A stretch of 64,000 bases of DNA, from positions 20,462,001 to 20,526,000 of the forward strand of contig NW_024704742.1 of NCBI RefSeq assembly GCF_018977255.1, given 5' to 3'. This document shows positions 40,704-54,402 of the stretch, piece after piece. The notes under the pieces are model-generated. The model did not search any database and was not told the DNA's origin. It was given only the letters and a program-made list of their open reading frames with translations. Made by a program: the position numbers and the translations under genes. The stretch is from Callorhinchus milii (Eukaryota). The first letter of the stretch is position 1. Each line of letters opens with the position of its first letter.

Positions 40704-42124
40704 TCTGCAGCAAATACTTGGCTGCAAACTGTAAATGTAATGTAAGAAGCGTGAAATATTCCCTGTAAGATCTTAAGAATAGGGACGGCAATGGGAATCT
40801 GATGTCTTCGCAATAAATGAGATAAGCCAACATTCCTCCTGCCCTCTTCTCTCTTTCAGCTCCAGAGGAAGAAGATAACAGTTACCTCATCACAGAGTAA
40901 AAAGATAAATCCTGTCATTTCACTGACACCGGTTTCCTTTCACAATTAATGCTTTTGTAGAAACTGCTTCAAAATGTTGGCTCGGTTTTCCAATTAGTGT
41001 TTTTGTCGTTCCAAAACAAAACAGTTGTTTAAAAATTCTGTCATTGTTAGTTAATGAAAGACAGTTCTTGTGGTTAGATAAACAATGGTGCAGCAATGCT
41101 CCTCTTAAGTCACAATCCATACAACATGATCAGACACACAATTGGTGCACAATTAAGCCACAGGGGATCTGGATGCTTCAACATCAGGTCATGGAAAGTA
41201 TTAAAGTGCCTCAAAGTATGGCAAATTTCAGTGGAAAATCCAGTGCTTATTATTTTATTTTTGTAGCATGTACACAGATGCACAAGAACAAGCTGAGCAC
41301 CACTAAAGACTTAAGTCAGTATCACTTGGACATATAAGTCCACCTTACTTAATGAAATAAACTGTTTCGCCATTGATCACCTTTTTATCGATTCCATTAA
41401 TTTAGACTACACAAATGAAATTCAGCTTACAAAAGCTACAATGCATTTGATTCCTTTACAAAACACCGAACACAGTAATATTTCTTGGCATGTCGTTTTG
41501 TTGCTGTAATTTATTGCTGTTTCTTATTAAACGCAAAACATATTAAACATATACCTCCAAGCAATCCTCCGTCATGTAAAAGAGGAATAAATAATCATTC
41601 AAGCATGACATAAAAAGTACTTTATGCAGCAACCTGAACCACAGAGAAAATTTGCTATGCAAAAATTAAGTCAGAAAATATTTCTATTTTTATTCTGGGT
41701 TGACTTGCTTATGCTGTGCTTTAATTACCTGCGGTTTTCCATGGGAAAGTCATCAGATGCCTTTTGAAGTGTTCTGAAGCTAATGCATAAATCTGTGAAC
41801 GTACACTGACGATTTAATCAGCTACCTTTCTCTTTTGCATTAAGCAAATTTAAGCTGCCTATTTTTAAAGGAAAAGTAGATGTGAAGAGTATATTGAAAC
41901 ATGTATAATTTACTGAATAATGTGCTGCTTAAGTTACAACTTCATGAATTGTTAATAGCTGAGGATAACTTTCAAACTTTAAAGACAACCATAAAAATAA
42001 GGGTCAAAATTTACAACCCATGTATATACCTGTGCCATCGTTTCATGCTGACAAAATGTTTCTGTTTTAGCTTTTCCTCAGAGTTTGTTGACTTCAACGA
42101 CATATAGAACTGCTAAGTACAATA

Positions 42125-42508
42125 TGATATTACATTTGCAAAGCGCCTTTCATGTCGAGAGGACGTCCCAAGGCGCTGAACAGTCAGGGATTAGGACCCG
42201 AGCTGGGGGATGGGGGATAGTTAGAATCAGGGAGGGTGAAGGGCAGAAATGTTAGGAGGCAAAGGCAAAAGGCACAGTCGAAGAAGGTGGGCGGCTTGAG
42301 GCGTGCCTTGAAGGAGGCAAGAGAGGGAGGCGCAGGAAATGTGGGATGGAATTCCAGAGGGTGGGGGCAGAGAGGCTGAAGGCTCGACCGCTGATGGTGG
42401 GGCAGGCTGGACGGAGGGCAGGGAGCAGGCCAGAGCCTCTGAGCGGAGTGAGTGGACAGGTTGATAAGAGATTGAGAGGGCCTTGAAGGTGAGGATGAGA
42501 ATTTTGAT
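42125..42508 (-). mobile_element. L2 3' fragment
   Basis: L2 3' UTR and tail (cagcgccttgggacgtcc...gaaaggcgct) plus 'LASFKARLK'. Confidence 0.8.
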
Positions 42509-42559
42509 ATCAAAGCTATATCATCAAAATGTCTCAAGAGCTTTACAGTAACTGGAAGT

Positions 42560-42880
42560 CTAGTGACTTCTTTGTTAAAAAAAAACACGGCAGCTATTCT
42601 GCGCATATAACGTGCTACAAAACAGCCATGATTTGAATGACTGATTAATCTGAAGAATTATCTGTCAGGGCAGCAGGAGAAACTTCCTTCGGTTTCAAAA
42701 TGTATCCTGGGGTCTTCAATGTTTCCCCTGAAAATCCGGGAACACAAGATACTGATTTAACATCTCACCCAAAGAACGGATCTCTGACAATGCAGCGCTG
42801 CACCAGTGTCAGACCAGATGTGGGACTTGAACCCACAACTTTCTGATAGAGGTAAGAGTAGTACCAACCGAGCCTAACTC
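42560..42880 (-). mobile_element. Deu-domain SINE, decayed
   Basis: tRNA-like head (gtgggttcaagtcccac) and Deu-like gagatccgttctttgggtgagatgttaaa on the minus strand. Confidence 0.6.
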
Positions 42881-43679
42881 ACACAACAATGCTAACTATG
42901 GAGTGGTAAAGGACATTTAACCAAAGCATATTCCTCCTACATATTTTGTACAATTTATACTATTAAGGACTCCACCCAGTAAGGTGTTAATGTCCTTCTA
43001 AAAGCTGAGTAAAGAATAAGGGGATTGCAAAAGAAGGCACTATGGTGTAACTCATCGCTCCAGTAAGAGCCTTTTTTGAATCTTACTTCTGTATTAATTA
43101 ATTAAGACCAGTTAAACCAAACCAACTGAACAATGTCAACGAGCATTAAAAGAAATGTATGACTGAAAACAATAAACATATGTGGGAGACCCAGCTGCAC
43201 ACACATTAACATTTCATTACTTTACGCACAGTCTATTGCACATTTGCAGTTGGAAATCCATTTTGCAAAGATTTGAACTTCAACTTATCATTCAATTATC
43301 ATCCCTCTTCCTCCTAATTTATTTTTGTTAAATAAAAACAGAGGATTAGGCTTCTGACTGTATTTCAACCTTTATGCTTCATTGCTCTTTCCACAAACTA
43401 AGGACATTGGACAAGAACTTGGTTTCAAGGAAATGCAAGGCTCCAAGGAGTGCTGCACAATGGAATTTAGTTGAAATGTAATATTAATACTGCAACTGAT
43501 GAATAAGTGAAAAGGCAAAACAAAAATTCACTATTCTACACATTATCTTTCACAAGCTTAATTATTAGTTCTTGCATTATGAAATGGAGTGGCTCAATGC
43601 AATTCCTAATTAAAGCCAACTGGAGGATTGTTCCCTCCCCCATATTAATGTCCCATTCCAATCTCCTACCATTCCAGAC

Positions 43680-44180
43680 AACAATAACAACAAGATTACA
43701 TTTGTATAGAGCCTTTCACGTCGGGAGGAAGTCCCAAGGCGCTGGACAGAGTACAGCATTTCAGACCCGAGCTGGGGTTCGAGGGGTAAGGGAGGGGAAG
43801 GGAAGGGGGTTGGCTGATGGCATGGTTGAAGAGGAGGGTCTTGAGGCAGGACTTGAAGGAGGCTAAGGAGGGGGCGAGGCAGCGTGATTGGGGGATGGAA
43901 TTCCAGAGGTTGGGGGCAGAGTGACTGAAGGCTCTCCTGCCAATGGTGGGGCGGGTGGGTTGGGGGATGTTGAGCTGGCCAGAGCCGGCTGAGCGGAGGG
44001 AATGGGCAGGTTGGTAGGGGTTAGGAGGTCGCAGAGGTAGGGTGGGGAGAGGCCATGGAGGGCTTTGTATGTGAGGACCAGGATTTTGAACTGGATCCTC
44101 TGAAGGATAGGGAGCCAGTGGAGTGGGGGAGATGGGGTCACGGAGATTGGTGCGGGAGAGGACACAGACAAGTCCAATAT
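43680..44180 (-). mobile_element. L2 3' fragment
   Basis: 'LHWLPILQRIQFKILVLTYKALHGLSPPYL' and 'GRRAFSHSAPNLWNSIP'; tail. Confidence 0.88.
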
Positions 44181-44534
44181 GCAATTCCCAATCGATTTCT
44201 CAATCACTATTTTAGGCAACTACTTGGTGTGCAATCCAATTACGGTATTTCTAATCGGATTCTTTAATTTCTGACCTATGAAGACAGATGTCAATTGCAA
44301 CAGAATGGGAATTCTGACAGTCCACTTACCACTACTTATTCACAGAAGTGGAAATGTGGATTACAGTGTCCACAGAAAGCCACAGAAACACAATTAAGTC
44401 GGATATTTAATAATAATAATATTAATAATAATAATAAAAGGGAAGCAGGGAGTATTCAGTGATATAGGGAAAAGGCAGAGAAACTGGATTTAAAGATATG
44501 TTATATAATAAACTAGTAGAACAGACTAGTAGAA

Positions 44535-45035
44535 CAGAGCACTCGCCTCACAAGCGAGAGGACCTGGGTTTGATTCCTGGCAGGGCGAAACGTTGGGCAA
44601 GCTTACTTATTCGCCACGCCTCTGTTTACCTAGCAGTAAGTCAGAACCCAGTTGTTAGTCAATTGGTGGATTTCTTTTCCGGGGTAATAATTCCTTCAAA
44701 AAAAATAATAATAAGTTGGTCACTCAGTCAACGACTGTTTGTGGGAAAAAAAAACACAAAATACTGCAGATGCTGGAATCTGAAACAAAAACAGAGAGAG
44801 CTGGGAACACTCAGCAGGTCGGGCAGCATCTATGGAGAAAGGAAAGTGAGTCAACGTTTTGTGTCCACGGCCCTTAGTCAGAACTGTTTGTGGGACATTG
44901 CTGTGCACAATTGGCTGCCGCATTTCATCCACAAAATGTACAGTCAATTCTGTATATTCTGTGAAGCGCTTTGAGACGTCTCGAAGATGTGATAAGGCGC
45001 TATATCAAATGCAAGGATTATTATTATTATTATTA
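44535..45035 (+). mobile_element. Long-variant SINE split by a Penelope pLTR insertion (44747-44882)
   Basis: SINE head and centre, pLTR, then SINE tail; actgtttgtggga duplicated on both sides of the pLTR. Confidence 0.85.
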
Positions 45036-45959
45036 ATTGACCAAATGGCTTCCTCCTGTTCCTATGTTCCCCTTTTGGGTTACTCAGAGTTATTACAGAA
45101 TTCCGTAGCGAAACCACAAATTAGACCCCGTTTAAATGGCTCACAGGTAAGACACTCCAATCTTATTAGTTTATTTACTGTCTGTGGGTTCACTTATGGG
45201 GATTCACTTTTTTTTAGATCTGCCACAAATCAATGCGAAGCAGCCACAAGAAACAAAGCATGGAGATTAAACCCTTTTATTAGAGTGAGAACTAACACGC
45301 AAAGTAATAGAGCACCTGTCATTTTCAGAAGGGTACAAAGTGTTCAATTGAATTCAAGTGTTTCAACAGCTGATCTGTCTCTGAGGGGGTTCGCAGGAAA
45401 TGTTGAGACTATCCAGACAATGGAAAAGGGGTGGATATGAACATTACAGTACTTAGGAAAGGATCCCTGTCGGTTCTCTTGAGTTATTGCTGTACCAAAT
45501 GATAGCTGCTAGTCTGACAGGTATTGGTCCAGGCGTTGGTATCTTCTTTGACATGGTATTTTTCCATTAAAATAACTTTAGTCTGGAATTCAATATGGCT
45601 GTTTCTAAATGTTACCTGGACCTACTTAGATAAGCAATTGTTACTCCATTGCCTTCTCTCCCTGCCTCATTCTCTTTCTTACATACACAATTAAGATAGA
45701 AGCAAGGAAAAATTAAAAAGCTGGACAGGTTTCAAGCGAGATTTCTTTTACCATCCCAGTAAAACTTTCAGACTGAGATGTTAACATTGTACCACACGTA
45801 TTTTTAACAGTGCTTCGGAGTGCTTGTTTATCACAAACACATTGGAAGAGTGTTCAGAAAGTATAGTGTTTGCTGGAAAAGTTTAACCTCAAGCTTGCGG
45901 CTATCAGCAGCATCGATTTGCATTGGGTTAGTAGTAATCTTAGTGGCTAGTAGTTAGTT

Positions 45960-46240
45960 GTAAGGATGCATAATCTTAAAACTAGAGCTAGGCTATTTAG
46001 GAGTGGAATCAGGAAGCCTTTTTCATGCAAAGGGTAGTGGAAATCTGGAACTCTCTCCCTCAAAAGGCCGTGGATGCTGGATCAATTTAAATTTTCAAGA
46101 CTGAGGTGGATAGATGTTTGTTAAGTCAGGGTATCAAGGGATATGGGGCAAAGGAGGTAATTGGAGTTGAGGTACACATCAGCCATGATCTAATGAATAG
46201 AATGGTGGAACAGGCTTGAGGAGCTGAATTCTGTTCCTAG
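45960..46240 (+). mobile_element. CR1 3' fragment
   Basis: 'RVVEIWNSLPQKAVDAGSI*IFKTEVDRCL'; 3' UTR similar to 25490-25600. Confidence 0.82.
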
Positions 46241-47189
46241 GTCACATTCTTTGGTTAGTACTGTCATTTGATGTGTTTGTATATTATAAATAAGAAAGAT
46301 AGAGCAGATGAAGCAAGGCAAGGGAGAGAAGAAGATGGAATATCAATTGTCCATCTAAGGACCTCATACACCATGTTGACATATTACCAGCAAGACAAGT
46401 CCCAAGTAATGCTAATTCAGCTCATTTTATTACAGCAAGAATACTGAACTAAAAGAGAGCTGAAGAATTTTCACTTTTCCTGGAAAGAAGCCTCACCGAT
46501 TATGCAGCCTAGGTCAAAAACTCTGGAGGATTTCTTTCATGTTTGCTTTAGACAGTACACAGTGTAAATCCCTGTATCACGATGATGATACAGAATTAAA
46601 CTTGTACAATTGAACCAGGACGCATACATCAATAATGAAAAAAAATCTTCAATGTATTTGTTGCCTCATAGGGGGATTTACATAATGTACTTGGTGAATA
46701 AAAGCTCAAAACATTCATTTGAACTACAAAGCCAGGTATCAGAGTGGCCGTTCTTCTCAGCACTTTGTAGCATGCAAATTTAACAATGCAAATATTGACT
46801 TTCGCTCATAGAAGTAGGAGGAGATTACTGAAGTGGTTTGACACATCCACAAAATCCCAGTAAGAAAAGATATATATTGACCTTCACACCCGGGACAGTT
46901 ATCGTATGGCACTTTTGCATTTATGAGATATATGACCTTTAAGCAGTTAGAAACAATGAAATAGACAAGTGGAAAAGGGTAGCAGTTTTGCACCACAAGA
47001 ATATGGAAGAAAGCAATCAATGTCCTCATTTCCTAATAGAGTGATAAAATACCAAAGCAAAGACTCCAGAGCACATAAACAGCTATCTACTGTACTTCTG
47101 AAACTAGCAAACTCTACCAGAAAGTACTATTTCTTGAGCAAGCAGTTGGCAAAAAGGTCGGATCTCGTCAACGTCTAAAATCTCACGGT

Positions 47190-47953
47190 TCTCACCTCCT
47201 CCACCTACCCGACCTCCCCCTAAAACTCTCCGAACCCGTACACAACCTAGGCGTCAGGTTCGACCCCCAATTATCCTTCCTCCCCCACATCCAGTCCCTC
47301 ACCAGCACCACCTTCTTCCACCTCCGGCGCATCAACATTCTCCGCCAATACCTCATTCCAAAAGCCGCTGAAACTCTAGTCCATGCCTTTGTCACCTCTC
47401 GGCTGGACTATTCAAATGCCCTCCTCACCGGTCTCCCATCCACTACCATCCATAAAATCCAGATTACTCAAAACTCTGCCGCCCGTATTCTCACCCGCAG
47501 GAAACTCCACTCCCCGATCACCCCAGTCCTTGCCAGACTGCAATGGCTGCCTATCCCAGAGAGGATCGACTTCAAGATCCTCACCCTTGTATTCAAGTCC
47601 CTGCACTCATCTGCATCCCCTACCTCTCTGACCTTTCTCCTCAAAACAGTATCCGTTGCCTTTGTGATTCCGGATCTGGCCTCCTGCTTGTCCCCCAAGT
47701 CCTCTGATCCACCCTCGGCGGCCGTGCCTTCAGCCACTATGCCCCGAGACTCTGGAACTGCCTTCCTCACTCCCTTCATCTCGCTCTCTCCCTTCCCATT
47801 TTCAGGTCTCTGCTGAAGACCTTTCTTTTTGACCGCGCCTTTGGTCACCTTCCCACCCCTCCCCCTGGCTCAGTCCCAGGACCGTTACTGTAAAGCGCTC
47901 TGAGAAACCGTCCGGCGTGGAGGGTGCTCTATAAATCCAAGTTATTGTTGTTG
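47190..47953 (+). mobile_element. L2 3' fragment
   Basis: 'VHNLGVRFDPQLSFLPHIQ...HAFVTSRLDYSNALL...LQWLPIPERIDFKILTL'; tail. Confidence 0.9.
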
Positions 47954-48269
47954 TCAGACCCAGTTTCTGACCTATTTCCATTTCAGATGATTATTTCCAG
48001 GTACACAGTACTATATCTTCCAAGTCACCATTAATATTCACATGTGGCGTGCTTTACACTTTTTCTGACATGACAGGTTCTGTTAACAAATTGGTGGTTC
48101 TAGCATGTCACAAGATTGGATTTGATGTAGGGAGAGGTTTCCCCATATTGTGGTTCATAAAATAAATGAAAGCACAGAAATATATGGGTGCAAACTTTGT
48201 CAGTATAACAGGGGAAAGACAAGTTGTGGTACAGGCACCCAAAACTTGAAGTCTCTTGCATGTAAATGA

Positions 48270-48785
48270 CCAGTCACGAGGGGTAAGGAGTCAGCCCACT
48301 CGGCCCCTGTTAACCCTGCAAGCCAAAGCGCTAACGGTTAGGTGATCCAAGCTGGACAAACAACAGAAAAGCATGCAAGACAGCTATATCAATGGCAAGC
48401 TATGTGGTTTTAGGTGGTTACATTCCAGCAGTACTGCAAAGAACACTCTGGGGTAAAGTTTTGGCTTATAGGGACCAACAGTGGGAAAGCTTGCCAGACA
48501 GCAATATCAATGGCAAGTTATGCTGTTTTAGCGGGTTAGTCTCCAGCAGTTACCCCAACGCACACTCTGGGGTCCCCAAGCCTTGGCTCTTGCCAACCTG
48601 TGCCTAACACTTTCCAGAATTAGGTAATCAGGATGTGTCCCTCCAGGGAAAAAGTGTGCATTCCATTCCAATAATCTATCTCTGGGATTTCCATGTGTAG
48701 ATGGGATGCATGGCATTCTCAGTTTGGTTTGGATACTCTTAAGCATAGTGATGGGTTGCGCATATGTCAGATACTGATCTGGCCC
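48270..48785 (+). repeat. Unclassified repeat (family of 27770-28330) with an internal diverged duplication
   Basis: Direct alignment to 27930-28330. Confidence 0.8.
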
Positions 48786-48844
48786 CAAAAATTATATTTA
48801 TATATAACTGAATGTATCACCTCTAACAAGCTTACTGTTGTATT

Positions 48845-49210
48845 ATAATAATATAATAGTAATCCTTGCATTTGATATAGGACCTTATCATGTCATTGAG
48901 ACATCTCAAAGCGCTTCACAGAATATACTGTATAGTGGATTGACTATATTTTGTGGACAAAATGTGGCAGCCAATTGTGCACAGCAGTGTCCCACAAACA
49001 AGCTTGGATTGAGTGACCCAATTTTTTTTTGAGGGATGATTGCCCCCAGAAAGTAATCCGCCAATCAACTAACAACCGGGTTCCTACTTACTGCTAGGTA
49101 AACAGAGGTGTGTGGAGTAAGGAAACTTGCCTAAGGTTTCTCCCCATCCGGAAATCGAACCCGGGTCCTCTCGCTTGCAAGGCGAGTGCTCTCACCATTA
49201 TGCTACAAAA
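48845..49210 (-). mobile_element. tRNA(Ala)-derived SINE, long variant
   Basis: Head with ggttcgatttcc, central gtttacctagcagtaagtaggaacc, tail. Confidence 0.88.
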
Positions 49211-49993
49211 CTTTGAAGAAATGTTGTACTGCGTGCTTTTATGTCCAATCTTCTATTGAAGGTTTATCACTATAGAGTAATCTGGAGAATTTCATATTCC
49301 CCATATATGCTCATATTTAGTGGTAATTTGAAACAAAATATAACAGAAATGCAGCGCATGTGAGACAATCCGAAAATACTTCACATTTATGAGTAGCTGG
49401 TAAAACGATCCTGAGAAGGTGCTTTCAACAAGCTAGTGCGTAAGTGCATGTGTTTCCTTATGAGATAACAAACCTGTGCAGTTGTCGTCAATTAATATCT
49501 TGATGTGTCATAAAGAAGCTTTGCTGGAAGAGGATCTGCTCACCTAGAATGTTAAGTAGTTTGATATGACTGAATCTGAACAGACCCATTTCATTCCTCC
49601 CCCACCCACCTCCAATAAAAATTATTCAGTTCTTTAAAACAAATTTGTTCCACTGTCAAAAGGAAGCAGTAAGGAACCTAACCAAATTTGACTGCTTCTA
49701 TTCATTTCACTAATCTGCAGTCTGTATGTAACTATAGAATAATTTCCATAAGGACAAGAGAAACTGCAAATGAAAATAGCATTTAAAAAAATTCTAATGT
49801 CTACATTAATAACTTCAGCTGCAATGCTGATAAATTTATGGCTGAGATTATTGCAAAATAATAAAAAGTTTGAATTATTTTATAAATGCCTGGTTTCAGG
49901 GTAATCTGATTTGTAGGAACATATGGTAAAAGATTCTCTAGACCTTTTATTGCTTGGTCTTCCTACAGCTCAGGAGGAATAATAATGAACCTA

Positions 49994-50310
49994 CGGAGTC
50001 CTGTATTTCAGTGGTTAGACTGAAATGTTGGACAAGTTTCCTTACTCCGCACGACTTGGTTTACCTAGCAGTAAGTAGGAACCCGGATGTCAATCGATTG
50101 GCAGATTGCTTTTCTGGGGATAATAATTTCTTCAAAAAAAGTCACTTAATCCATGACTGTTTGTGTGACACTGCTGTATGCAATTGACTGCCACGTGTTG
50201 TTTATAAAACATAGTCAATTCACTTTACAGTATATTCTGTGAAGCGTTTTGAGATGTCTAGAAGATGCGATAAGGTGCTGTATCAAATGCAAGGATTATT
50301 ATTATTGTTA
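49994..50310 (+). mobile_element. SINE, long variant with partly deleted head
   Basis: ggagtcctgtatttcagtggttaga, central segment, tail. Confidence 0.82.
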
Positions 50311-51404
50311 TAGACCTGTTGATCATTTTCAGAGTTCTTTTTAAAATGCTGCTATTCATAATGGTGAATATAAAACAATAACACACACATATATGATCAA
50401 CTAATGAGCCAGAGCCTGCTGAAATGACTTCCAAGTGCATTCACCAAGATGTAGAGAATGAATGAAAATAGATCAGATTATTATGCATTGCCAGTAATAT
50501 TGTCCTTAACACTTGCAATATGTCAAAGTTATAAGTGACGCATTCATTAACTTATCCTTAAGAGGATAATAATGTCAAAAAACAAGAAATGAGGCAAGGT
50601 TATTTAGTCCATCAAATATATCCCTTGCACAAAAAGCATATAAACCTGGAATATTAGATAAGCCATTTTAACTTCCTGAGAATAGGTTTTGCCATGTCCT
50701 CCCCCCCACACACACACTCAAATAAGGAAGGTAGTAAACCAAGCAAATCACATTTTGGGCCAGTTGACCTCCTTGGTATGACATCTCCATGGTCAGAGCA
50801 GCTCAGAAGTCATGCTCCACACAAAAGCATTTGATTATTTCCATGGGTATTTATTATAACCCACATTCTCATCACAATCAAGAGAGTCATTCAGTTCTTG
50901 TTCAAAGACATTAACCAACAGAGTTACTATTTTACTTGCGAGATAATTCCTGTGGGAAAATAAAAGAATTGTAATCTCAACCAAAAGGCAAAATACCGCA
51001 GATGCTGGAAATCTGAAATAAAATCAGAAACAGAAATGAAACCCAACCTTTCCTGATGCATGTTCATTTTACATTCATCTGCTCAATTACTGTTTCCCTT
51101 TTACCATCTCCCCAGTTAAAGGGATTCTCTTTTCCTTTACAATTTAAATCACATTGCTTGCCCTCTGGCTACACAAACAAGCTGTGATCCAAGCAAACAA
51201 ATCTGTGTTTTACTGGAAGCACAAGCAGTCCTTACATATAGCTAAGCCTTTCCAATGACCTGCTTGCCCTACTGAGGACAAGACACCAGATATACATACA
51301 AAAAAGGAATTGGGTACCGCAATAGGAATTGTTTCAATTTCTTCCCGCAATTTCAGATTTTAAAATAATTAAAATTGGTCTATTCCTTCAATATTCTGTC
51401 TATA

Positions 51405-51750
51405 CTCTAATGTAGCGTTGGGGTGTGTTACATTATTGGAGGTGCGGTCTTTCAAATAAGATGTTAAACTGAGATCACATCTGCCTGTCCACATGGACAT
51501 TAAAGATCCCATAGCACTATTCAAAAAGAGGAGGGAGTTTTCTCCCAGTGTCCTGGCCAACAAACCTCCAAATAAAATTGGTCAATCATTGCATGGCTGT
51601 TTGTGTGACACTGTTGTGCACAAATTGGCTGCCACATTCACCACCAAAATACACAATTGCTGTACTTCACAATAAATCCTGTGAAGTGCGTTGAGATGCC
51701 CTCCCGACATTAAACTGCTATATCAAATGTAAGGATTATTATTATTGTTA
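51405..51750 (+). mobile_element. Deu-domain SINE
   Basis: ggaggtgcggtctttcaaataagatgttaaactgag...cattaaagatcccatagcactattc...cccagtgtcctggccaa matches the recalled Deu core, followed by an L2-like tail. Confidence 0.75.
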
Positions 51751-52764
51751 TTACATGGGTGAGCAATAAAGCATTATTTGTTGCCAGTGTTATAATTACT
51801 CATATAATTCATGCATAAATGACAACAGAAAGGTTGAAAGACACTAAAAATTGGATACCTTGTTAACCCCTCAATAATAAAGACATTGATATTCTGCCAT
51901 TGGATTATCAGTAGAATATTTATGCTACAGTTATATTGCAGGCATGGATTTGGCCCAACTGATTGCTTTGACAGTCACACCGGTTGGCGGTACTGAGCTA
52001 CACTCCCCTCTAATACGTGCTCAGTCAAAGTGCAGTTCTGCACATCCATATTTAAATGCTTGTGCAGAGCTCTGCAGATCAGCATCCAAATACCAGCGAT
52101 TTTTTTCCCCAGGTTAGTGAAGAGGTTTTTAGTGACATTAAAAATGTGAATCTGGTCCAGTCAACCATCCTGGAGGATTTTAAAAGATAATTTAATTTTC
52201 CAGTTTGAAACTTTGGCTTCAGTATCTCTACAACTGGTGTGAAGCTTGTGATGTGGAGGACTACATCCTTGAGGAACTCTCCTGCTGTTTCTAGTCCCGA
52301 TTTCTGTGCAGATTGATTGTACCTCATATCAGGCAGATTCTGTGTTAAATCACTGTGAAAAGTGCATCGAATCAACTCAAAACCTGTAATATTATCTGCA
52401 TTTTCCAGTGAGTGATAGCATTAGATACAGCTCATGTTCCTTTTTTTAACTGGGACTGTCCAGTAAAATTAGTTCTCCTTCAGTAAACAGGAACATTGCA
52501 CATTTCCAAAACAAGCTGAAGATATTCAGGAGCAGGATCTCACTGCTGGACCAATATAGTATGACTGCTAAATTTGAGATTGAACTATTGAATATGTAAT
52601 GTTGGGTGCCTAAATAAGCTCCAAATATCCAAATTTTAGATTCCCATAAAGACATTTGAGGGAAATAATTTTACGAGTAGGCCCAGCTGAAAAAATAAGA
52701 ACACAAATTGTATCTAACACTCATACTCACTTTCTAACTCACTGGAAAATCCAGAGCCGCATAT

Positions 52765-53018
52765 AGACGTCTCAAAGCACTTCACAGGATATACTGGAAG
52801 TGGATTGACTCTGTATTTTGTGGATGAAATGTGGCAGCCAGTTGTGCACAGCAATGTCCCTCAAACAACCATGAAATGAGTGACCAATTTTACTTGAGGG
52901 ATTGTGGGCATGACACCAGCAGAAACTTCCTACTCTTTTCAAACAGTGCCATGGAATCTTTAACATCTATCTAAACAGGTAGACTAGACCTTGGTTTAAC
53001 CCATCATCCGAAGGATGG
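52765..53018 (-). mobile_element. Deu-domain SINE fragment
   Basis: Minus strand ccatccttcggatgatgggttaaaccaaggtc...gatgttaaagattccatggcactg. Confidence 0.7.
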
Positions 53019-54402
53019 ATTATTGACAACTGGGTACTACTTCCAATGGATGGAATCCATTTCTTTGTTCCAGTGCAAACTGAGACAAACACTCTAAGAA
53101 TTTTTTATTTGCAAAAAGGTTATCAAAAACACCTGCTAATTTGCACTTACAATAAATGACAAAATTAACTCCCTGATTGAAAAGGAAACTTAAGGTTACA
53201 AAGTTTGGTATCAAACATTGGAGAGGGAGTAAAATGGTTTAAGTCAGACCTGGATCAATGTAAGAGACTCTACACTGGATAAACTGTATGGACATTTTTA
53301 CCTTCTTATGTCTTAAGTCTTATAACCTAATTAACAATAGCATATTTTTTGTACCTTAAAGCCAAATAAGTAACTCTTGTCTAAAACCAGATTTGAATGG
53401 TAATACAATTTAGAACTGGCGAACTGAACTCTATGAAGTTGTATTAATGCATGGCGCTAACCCAAAATGAAGCAAAATGTACTCATATAATTGTGTTTAT
53501 CCGCAACTCACTTAGCTCTGGCCTAACAAAATCTTTGCGGAAAGAGACAAACTGATAACTATTTACAAATTACACTCTCCTATAGTGTTATTTCTGTTCA
53601 ATGCACTTACATTGCTAGCCCAATAATAATACATTTGGTTACAAAATGAAGAATCGTGCCCATAAGCCAACAATATAATTCTATGTGTTCACTGAATCCA
53701 TAAAGTCGTGGTTTTCAGCGGAATGCCCTGTAATAATCTTTACAATCACCAGACTCAGAGCGTTATGATCTGAATAGCCTGCAAATCAGCTTGAGCTGCT
53801 GTCTTCAAAATTCCTGCATCACCTATCTTGATTTTTTTCTTGTACAGCAGACCTCTTTTAAAATATGAAGACAAATTTGTATTGTACACAAAGGAAACTT
53901 TTTTTTAAATAATAAAACATCCCTTTAGTGATTAATTATCCTAATGATATTTTTTAAATCCAAGCTCTTACAACTATTCCTAGGGGACTATGTGTGCAAT
54001 TTACGTATAAATTAGCACAATTATAGCACAAGCTGCAGCGTATGGTGCCTTTGATTTCGGTAGCCTCAGGAACAAAATTATGTTTCTCTTCAATAATTAA
54101 TATATTTTTAATATTAAACATATCCTAATTAGAAATATACAGATTGGACAAAGACTTTTTTTTCAGCTTGTCACAATATAAGATCTCATGCATAAATATG
54201 TGTGTAAAGGCTGCCCTAAAGTAAATCCCTAATATCAAAACACAGTTAAATAAAAGTTTCAACTAATAGCATAAATTGCAATTGGAAAACGCATCTTAAT
54301 TGACTCAGTCAACCTGGAGGAATTGCTCATCTAAATTTTGGAGCTGAAAATAGGGTTGTAATTTGTGATCTTAATTAATGCTAACATGAATACTCATCAG
54401 GT

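Noticed and set aside
44498..45440. ORFs of 158 and 193 aa, and the many other 60-160 aa ORFs
   Set aside because: They translate SINE, pLTR or antisense LINE sequence, often start at non-ATG codons, and show no domain signal
53818..53842. Minus strand CAAGAAAAAAATCAAGAT (QEKNQD), resembling the start of the human FSTL5 micro-exon (QEKNQESS)
   Set aside because: No AG acceptor before it, a stop two codons later, and no donor at the expected distance; likely an A-rich coincidence
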